Positions 28,212-33,928 of a stretch of DNA of 33,928 nt are shown in pieces. Position 1 is the stretch's first letter, and the number at the start of each line of letters is the position of its first letter. The stretch comes from Campylobacteraceae bacterium. GTDB taxonomy: Bacteria > Campylobacterota > Campylobacteria > Campylobacterales > Sulfurovaceae. The stretch is from positions 1 through 33,928 of the forward strand of contig JALVEV010000091.1 of NCBI GenBank assembly GCA_027030605.1, in the 5' to 3' direction. The notes below the pieces were generated by a model. That model made no database searches and was not told where the DNA came from. It worked only from the letters and a program-made list of their open reading frames with translations. Position numbers and translations under genes: made by a program.

Positions 28212-29064
28212 AGAGTACTCCTAGTAGTAAAATAAAAAGGTCAAAACGCTCTCTTAACTTTAGAGCTAAACGAATGTCTTTAGATGTAATCTCTTCTCTT
28301 CCATCTCCAAAAAAGGCTTTCTTTTTTAGCTTTCCAAAGTAGACCGTATCTCCTCCAAGCTTAACTCCAATAGCAAGAGCCATTGCTGAGATAGGAAGAC
28401 CTGCATTTGGGCTGTCGTGCTTTTTCCCATAACTGTAAAAGTGAAGTAGTGATTTTTTACTAAACATCAACAGCCCAATAAGCAAAGCTGTAATCCTAGC
28501 AGGAATATAGTTTGCCACATCATCAATCTTTGCAGAGAACTTTCCAAACTTCTCATAGCGTTCATTTCTGTAGCCTACCATAGAGTCTAAAGTATTGATA
28601 GCTTTATAGACAAATGCCCCCTCTAAACCAAAAAGAAGCATATAGAACATTGGTGCAACTACTCCATCTGAAAAGTTTTCAGCGTAGGTCTCTACTCCTG
28701 CTTTATTTATCTCTGAACTGCTTAATTGTGAGGTGTCACGGCTAACTAAGTATTTAATGTGTGAGGGGTTTTTGATAATATCGTAGACTGAATCATATAG
28801 CATTTTAGAGGCGATGGTGGTGGAGGCTATGATACTTAAAATGATTGTATTGTTGATGTTCGATGAAATCGAACCTACGAGTAGCCACACAATCATAATG
28901 AGTGTTGAGGTTAGTAGAGAGCCTCTAAATATATCATCTTTATAAAACCTTTTCTCAAACCATTTAATATAGTCCCCCATAATCACAACAGGGTGTCGCA
29001 TAAAAGAGAACTCCCCAAAAATTCGGTCTATGAGGTAGGCAAGTAGGGTTAGCTCAACAGACAC
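28171..29064 (-). CDS. cbiB: Adenosylcobinamide-phosphate synthase
   Basis: HPVVIMG, LVSRDT, ENFSDGVVAP, YKAINTLDSMVGY, SPNAG. Confidence 0.93.
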   Translation of the reverse strand: MSVELTLLAYLIDRIFGEFSFMRHPVVIMGDYIKWFEKRFYKDDIFRGSLLTSTLIMIVWLLVGSISSNINNTIILSIIASTTIASKMLYDSVYDIIKNPSHIKYLVSRDTSQLSSSEINKAGVETYAENFSDGVVAPMFYMLLFGLEGAFVYKAINTLDSMVGYRNERYEKFGKFSAKIDDVANYIPARITALLIGLLMFSKKSLLHFYSYGKKHDSPNAGLPISAMALAIGVKLGGDTVYFGKLKKKAFFGDGREEITSKDIRLALKLRERFDLFILLLGVLYATTTWWQHYSIC

Positions 29065-30394
29065 TCTCTAAAATCCTCTCTATATCTAAATGGCTTTTCA
29101 TCTTCTCTACAAACTCATTAACAGCTCTTTGTTTATACTCTTCAAACTCTCTATCTTCAAAAAGCCCATGAACAAAAGTTCCTCTAATATTCCCTTTTTC
29201 AAAAGATAGAGGATACTTTTGGCTTACTCCATGGTGAATCTCAAAACCTTTTATGGTTTTGCCAAATATATTGTAGTAACCTTGTTTTAAAACTTTCTCT
29301 TTTTGAAAGAGTATCTCATCGTCTATAAAGCCTAAACCCTCTTCAATAGTTGGAACATCAGTCTCTACTGCGTCAGGGTCAACTATTTGTCTAAACATCA
29401 TCTGATAACCACCACAGATACCAAGTATTGGCTTATTGATTTTTTTTAGTTGTTCAAACAAACCCACCTCTTTAAGCCACTTTAAGTCATTTATTACCAA
29501 CTTTGACCCAGGTAAAATAATCTCATCGTAACCATTAAGTGGAACATTTGCAGAGATAAACTCAAGAGCTATATTAGGGTTAGCAACCAAAGGCTCAAAG
29601 TCATTGTAGTTACTCATAGTAGGGTAGGCTATAACAGCTACCTTTTTAGCGTTTTTATGGTTCTTTTGTTGGTAGTTTAGAAGCGATTGAGAGTCTTCAA
29701 AGCCAAGATTAAAAGGGGTGTAGGGTAGAACTCCTAAAACAGGTATTTTAAACTCACTCTCTATAATCTTAACCCCTTTGTCAAAAAGGCTCATGTCACC
29801 TCTAAATTTGTTGATAATAACCCCTATAACATTTCTATGTAGCTCTTTTGGCAAAAGGTTATATACACCCCAAATAGAGGCAAAAACTCCACCTTTTTCA
29901 ATGTCGGCTACCAAGATGATTTTGGTTTTAAACTTGGTTGCTACATAGATATTCGATAAATCTTTATCCATAAGATTAAGCTCTACAGGGCTACCTGCCC
30001 CCTCGCATACTACACAATCATAACGCTCACTTAAGTAGGAGAAGGCTTTGTCTACAGCAGGTTTTAGCATATCTAGGTCACGATAGTACTCACGTACATC
30101 TTTAGAAGCAATAACTTTTCCATTTACAATAAGCGAAGCAGAACTTTTCTGTCCTGATTTCAGAAGAATAGGATTTAGATGGTAAGAGGGTGGCACACCT
30201 AAAACCTCTGCTTGGAAATATTGGGCAATGCCAATCTCAGAGCCATCAGCACACACTTTAGCGTTGTTAGAGACATTTTGAGCTTTAAATGGGGCAACTG
30301 TGTACCCTGCATCTTGAATGATTTTTCCAATAACAAAAGTTATAGTGGATTTTCCTGCATCGCTAGATGTTCCAAATATGGAAATATTGTTCAA
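29054..30394 (-). CDS. cobQ: Cobyric acid synthase
   Basis: GTSSDAGKS, PFKAQN, EGAGSPVELNL, INKFRGD, GICGGYQM, GFEIHHG. Confidence 0.95.
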   Translation of the reverse strand: MNNISIFGTSSDAGKSTITFVIGKIIQDAGYTVAPFKAQNVSNNAKVCADGSEIGIAQYFQAEVLGVPPSYHLNPILLKSGQKSSASLIVNGKVIASKDVREYYRDLDMLKPAVDKAFSYLSERYDCVVCEGAGSPVELNLMDKDLSNIYVATKFKTKIILVADIEKGGVFASIWGVYNLLPKELHRNVIGVIINKFRGDMSLFDKGVKIIESEFKIPVLGVLPYTPFNLGFEDSQSLLNYQQKNHKNAKKVAVIAYPTMSNYNDFEPLVANPNIALEFISANVPLNGYDEIILPGSKLVINDLKWLKEVGLFEQLKKINKPILGICGGYQMMFRQIVDPDAVETDVPTIEEGLGFIDDEILFQKEKVLKQGYYNIFGKTIKGFEIHHGVSQKYPLSFEKGNIRGTFVHGLFEDREFEEYKQRAVNEFVEKMKSHLDIERILESVC

Positions 30395-30447
30395 GTTTAT
30401 CCTTAGTTTGATATAATCATAGGAATTATATAGTTAACGGAGATAGA

Positions 30448-31395
30448 ATGCAAGAAAACATAGAGCATGAAAGAAGACTCTTTGAGCAAAAAGAGCAACT
30501 TCATAAAACAGAGCTAAAGGCACTAAAGAGGCAGATTTTTGTAAGCAACTTAAAGGCTTGGATTGTTGGTCTTATTTTATTAGTTGAAATTTTCTTTATT
30601 GTTGGTTTTTTAAAAAAGTCTGGAGTAGTTGGAGAGGAGAGTTTAGCAAACGATAAAATAGCAGTTGTTCGCTACAACAAAGAGGTTACAGAGGATTTTA
30701 CCACAAAAGTTATGGAGGAGTTAGATAAGATTAGAGATGATGAGAGTTTTAAATCTGTACTCTTTATTATGGGCTCACCTGGTGGTTCACCAACAGCTAG
30801 TGAAGAGCTTTCTGAGTACCTAAAAGAGTTTCAAAAAGATAAAAACATTACTATGTATGTAGACTCCATTGCTGCTAGTGGTGGGTACTATATTGCCTCT
30901 GCAATTAAGCCTTTGATTGCTAATAAAAATGCAATAGTTGGCTCTATTGGGGTGATTATGCCTCACTATAACTTGGGTGAGTTAGCAAAAAAAGTAGGAG
31001 TAGAGGAAGACTTTATGGCAGCAGGAGAGTTTAAAAAGCCTATCTCTTTCTTTGCCAAAATAGATGATAAAAATAGAAAATATATGACGGAACACTTACT
31101 TAAACCAACATATGAGAACTTTGTCTCCTCTGTAGCTAAAAATCGTGGGCTAAGTAAAGAGCAGATTTTAAAAGTGGCAGAGGGAAAGATATATATAGCT
31201 AATGTTCCTGAGATAAAAGGGATTTTGGTTGATGAGGTCTCTTCGCTCTATAAAGTTAAAAAGATGATACGTAAAAGTTATGGTGATGATATAGCCTTTG
31301 TAGATGTAAATTTAGAGAAAGAGCCAACACTTTTTCCTAAAGTGAAGGTCAATGTTGATTTGCAGACGGCTCTTTCTAAATTTAAAATGGAGTAG
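30448..31395 (+). CDS. sppA: S49-family signal peptide peptidase (SppA-like)
   Basis: One TM helix, SPGGS, AASGGYYIA, VGSIGVI, AGEFK. Confidence 0.88.
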   Translation: MQENIEHERRLFEQKEQLHKTELKALKRQIFVSNLKAWIVGLILLVEIFFIVGFLKKSGVVGEESLANDKIAVVRYNKEVTEDFTTKVMEELDKIRDDESFKSVLFIMGSPGGSPTASEELSEYLKEFQKDKNITMYVDSIAASGGYYIASAIKPLIANKNAIVGSIGVIMPHYNLGELAKKVGVEEDFMAAGEFKKPISFFAKIDDKNRKYMTEHLLKPTYENFVSSVAKNRGLSKEQILKVAEGKIYIANVPEIKGILVDEVSSLYKVKKMIRKSYGDDIAFVDVNLEKEPTLFPKVKVNVDLQTALSKFKME

Positions 31396-32476
31396 AGATA
31401 GAACCTACTCTCTTAAGATATTTAAAAATATCATCTTCTATTTGTGGAGATAGAGAGTATTTTTTAGCTAGAGATTGAAAGGTTTCATAATCTAGTGTCG
31501 ATTGATAACTCTGTTCAATCTCATCTCTTAGTGCTATCCAATTTGGTTTCCAAAGAGAGTTTGCCTCTCTCGTCTCTTCTAAGTAGTTATAGATTTTCTC
31601 ATTTATTGACTTATTACTTTTTTTGTCAAAACTATGGTAAACATCTATAATATTTTTAGATTTACTATAAGTTTTAAAGAAAGTCATCTTCTCTTGAATA
31701 TCATTATTCTTGCCATCTTCAATAATTAAAAATATTTTACTTTTTTTATAGTGTTCTGATAATAACTCCAAGATAGGAGGATTTAGACAACACTCTGTCT
31801 CTTTTAAAATTAATATAATGTATTCTAACTCTTGAGATAGTTTTTGATGTAAAATTTTATAGTTATTATCATACTCAATAGTAAATATATTTAACTTCAG
31901 TTCACTCTTTTTATTAGAGCTAAAACTGTTTATGAAATCTGATGAAAATGATTGAGGTATAAAAATAGTGATACGTTGTCTATTTAGTGCTATAAGTTGT
32001 TCAGGCTCTATTAATATAGAAGATTTTTCCTCTTTTTTTTCAATAACTAAAGGAGCTACAATCTCTTTAGTAGGATAGTTTTTAATTTTCTCTATTAACT
32101 TACTATCTAAAGGGTTTCCTTCAAGATAGATACCCTCTTGCTCGTCATCAGTTCTCTCCCAATAGATGGTTTTGTTTGAGTTGAATACCCAAAGAGGAAT
32201 TTTTTCTATTTTGTTAAATCTTAAATCAATAATTTTTAGTTTTTTTAAATCTTTTAAAGAGTCTATCTCTTTAATCTTATTTCCTGAAAGGTTCAATATC
32301 TCTAGGTTAACAAAGACAGATAGAGGAGGAAGATAGCTCAATTGACTGTCTGTTAATGAGAGTATTTTTAAAGATGAAAAGATTGTTGGGTCATAATCAA
32401 TCTTCGTATTCTCTTCAAAAATACGAATAGTCTCTTTAGTCTGCCTATGGAATAATTTTTTTAATTTTTTGAACAT
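31382..32476 (-). CDS. Leucine-rich-repeat protein with probable degenerate Roc domain and N-terminal part of COR
   Basis: Three LxxLxLxxN-type repeats, cap IYLEGNPL, an alpha/beta segment, then LWKPNWIALRDEIE...FQSLAKK...FKYLKRVGSI. Confidence 0.65.
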   Translation of the reverse strand: MFKKLKKLFHRQTKETIRIFEENTKIDYDPTIFSSLKILSLTDSQLSYLPPLSVFVNLEILNLSGNKIKEIDSLKDLKKLKIIDLRFNKIEKIPLWVFNSNKTIYWERTDDEQEGIYLEGNPLDSKLIEKIKNYPTKEIVAPLVIEKKEEKSSILIEPEQLIALNRQRITIFIPQSFSSDFINSFSSNKKSELKLNIFTIEYDNNYKILHQKLSQELEYIILILKETECCLNPPILELLSEHYKKSKIFLIIEDGKNNDIQEKMTFFKTYSKSKNIIDVYHSFDKKSNKSINEKIYNYLEETREANSLWKPNWIALRDEIEQSYQSTLDYETFQSLAKKYSLSPQIEDDIFKYLKRVGSISTPF

Positions 32477-32818
32477 TTAATTATCTTTTTTTAATGCTTG
32501 TGCTAAGATAATTTTAGCTAAAGAGATGTTTCCTTGAGGATTAAAAATAGTAAAAATAGTCTGTTTTTGATTGCCATATATCAGGAAAATCATCCCCTCT
32601 TCATTCTCTGTCTCTAGCCGAATTAGATTAGAAAATCCAACATCTAAAGAGGCTTCATTTAATACTCTAAATGTATCATTAAATAGACTTGAAGCAAAAG
32701 CTAAATCAACCTTTTCATTCTCATCAATATAGATAATTTCTCCTGATTTATTCAATACTGCTGAACCTACATATCCATTAACCTCTTGAATATCGTGAAT
32801 TGTCTTTTCGATGTTCAT
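32477..32818 (-). CDS. Roadblock/LC7 (MglB-like) domain protein
   Basis: IQEVNGYVGSAVLNKSGEII, helix, beta hairpin, GNISLAKIIL terminal helix; paralogous to 33485-33853. Confidence 0.65.
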   Translation of the reverse strand: MNIEKTIHDIQEVNGYVGSAVLNKSGEIIYIDENEKVDLAFASSLFNDTFRVLNEASLDVGFSNLIRLETENEEGMIFLIYGNQKQTIFTIFNPQGNISLAKIILAQALKKDN

Positions 32819-32828
32819 CTCTTTCCTC

Positions 32829-33332
32829 TCAATATTGAATATTATGCATTATATCATTGTCTGATTGACTTTTATAGCGATTTTGTTCCATAAATTTTTT
32901 AAATAACTCTTCTGATGCTTCTACTCCATGACTCTTTTCAAGAGTTAACATCTGTTTATAGAGAGGCTCAATAATATCTTTAGCTTTATTTGAAATAGCA
33001 TGACGTGTTGAGACATAATTTCTTGCAGTCCCATCTTTGTTAAAAGAGGGGCGAATATAGGCAAAAACCCAATAAAACCTGTTGTTTGTTGCTCTGTTTT
33101 TAATAAAGCAGTAGACATCTTCTCTCTTTTTTAATCTCTCCCATAATATTTTAAAAATAGCCTTTGGCATATCTGGGTGTCGTATAATATTATGGTTTTC
33201 ACCAATTAATTTAGCAGAAGAGTATCCTGCAATCTTATAAAAAATAGGATTAGCATAGATAATAAAACCATCTAAATCAGTTTGAGATACAATAATATCA
33301 ACTGAAGTAAGTTTTCTCTCTTCCTCTAACAT
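32829..33332 (-). CDS. Stand-alone Aer/CetB-like PAS-domain protein
   Basis: IVSQTDLDGFIIYAN, HNIIRHPDMPKAIFKILW, IKNR...FYWV, YVSTR; no TM or output domain. Confidence 0.9.
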   Translation of the reverse strand: MLEEERKLTSVDIIVSQTDLDGFIIYANPIFYKIAGYSSAKLIGENHNIIRHPDMPKAIFKILWERLKKREDVYCFIKNRATNNRFYWVFAYIRPSFNKDGTARNYVSTRHAISNKAKDIIEPLYKQMLTLEKSHGVEASEELFKKFMEQNRYKSQSDNDIMHNIQY

Positions 33333-33484
33333 CTAATAACCTTTTACAATAAATTATCATACTACAAATGATAATCTAAATTATATTAAAATAATATTAA
33401 TTAATATTATATTTATAATAAAGTTTTATTATGTTATACTTTTTGATAGTTTTAAAATTATATTTAATAAATAAAGGTTGTAAA

Positions 33485-33853
33485 ATGATAAATGAATCTA
33501 TATTTGATGACATTAAACAGGTTAATGGCTATCTTGGTATTGGTATTAGTCAATATACAGGAGAGCTTCTTCTTTTTGACAAAGAGAATGAAAAGATAAA
33601 TTTAGAAGAGACATCCATTATCTTTAATGATTTATTTAGAAGTTCACACTCACTTTCTCAGAAACTATCTTTAGGAAGAACAGAAGTTATGGAGATTGTA
33701 ACAGAAAAGGCTAAAATATTAATGGCTTGTTCAGGAGAAAATTCCTCTGTACATATTCATGTTTTTGCTATTTTTAAAAATGATGGAAATGTAGCATTGG
33801 CAAAGATGATTTTACCTAAAATTTTAAATAAATCTGTCTCTGAACTATCTTAA
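33485..33853 (+). CDS. Second Roadblock/LC7-like protein, divergent
   Basis: IKQVNGYLGIGISQYTGELL, GNVALAKMIL; start moved to ATG 33485 (AAGGT RBS, aligns with the paralogue). Confidence 0.65.
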   Translation: MINESIFDDIKQVNGYLGIGISQYTGELLLFDKENEKINLEETSIIFNDLFRSSHSLSQKLSLGRTEVMEIVTEKAKILMACSGENSSVHIHVFAIFKNDGNVALAKMILPKILNKSVSELS

Positions 33854-33928
33854 CTCACTTTTTACTGCAACTTCTAGCTAGTTGCAGATACTTCATAATC
33901 TAAAATTTATTCAAATATACAAGTAGAA

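Noticed and set aside
4447-30406. Remaining short ORFs nested in or antisense to long genes (e.g. 7219-7446, 8664-8999, 12329-12541, 15686-15919, 16815-17081, 22068-22325, 30212-30406)
   Set aside because: They overlap well-supported genes and show no independent coding signal.
33865-33887. Hairpin CTGCAACT-N7-AGTTGCAG as a terminator
   Set aside because: No U-tract follows on either strand; function cannot be assigned at the window edge.

Overview
AT-rich chromosomal window whose gene content and order (rpsB-tsf-ABC ATPase, long EF-Ts, AAGGA RBS, TGnTATAAT promoters) look like a Campylobacterota of the Sulfurovum/Sulfurimonas type; the taxon is an inference. Left to right it holds: the 5' 1097 codons of a giant repeat/Ig-like lipoprotein missed by the ORF track, behind a 7TM-DISM histidine kinase/response regulator pair; rpsB (with an HhH tail), tsf, an ABC ATPase and an unannotated 38-aa membrane peptide; an ABM/class II aldolase/LsrK-like kinase operon; a DUF945-like protein; eptA; a MocR regulator separated from a flavin-binding gene by an AAA-ATPase/RloB (AbiL-like) cassette flanked by a duplicated 73-bp promoter; AraC/SnoaL; a DUF4395-arsC-arsR operon; TetR/AhpD-like genes; cobamide genes cobQ-cbiB-cobD-cobS; and sppA. 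The most unusual locus is at the right end: a PAS protein, a Roadblock-like protein and an LRR protein that reads as a Roco (Roc-COR) protein with a degenerate GTPase domain, plus a divergent second Roadblock-like gene. Two families of REP-like palindromes are scattered through the window, one doublet lying exactly in frame inside the MocR gene. All calls come from reading the sequence by eye; no searches were run.
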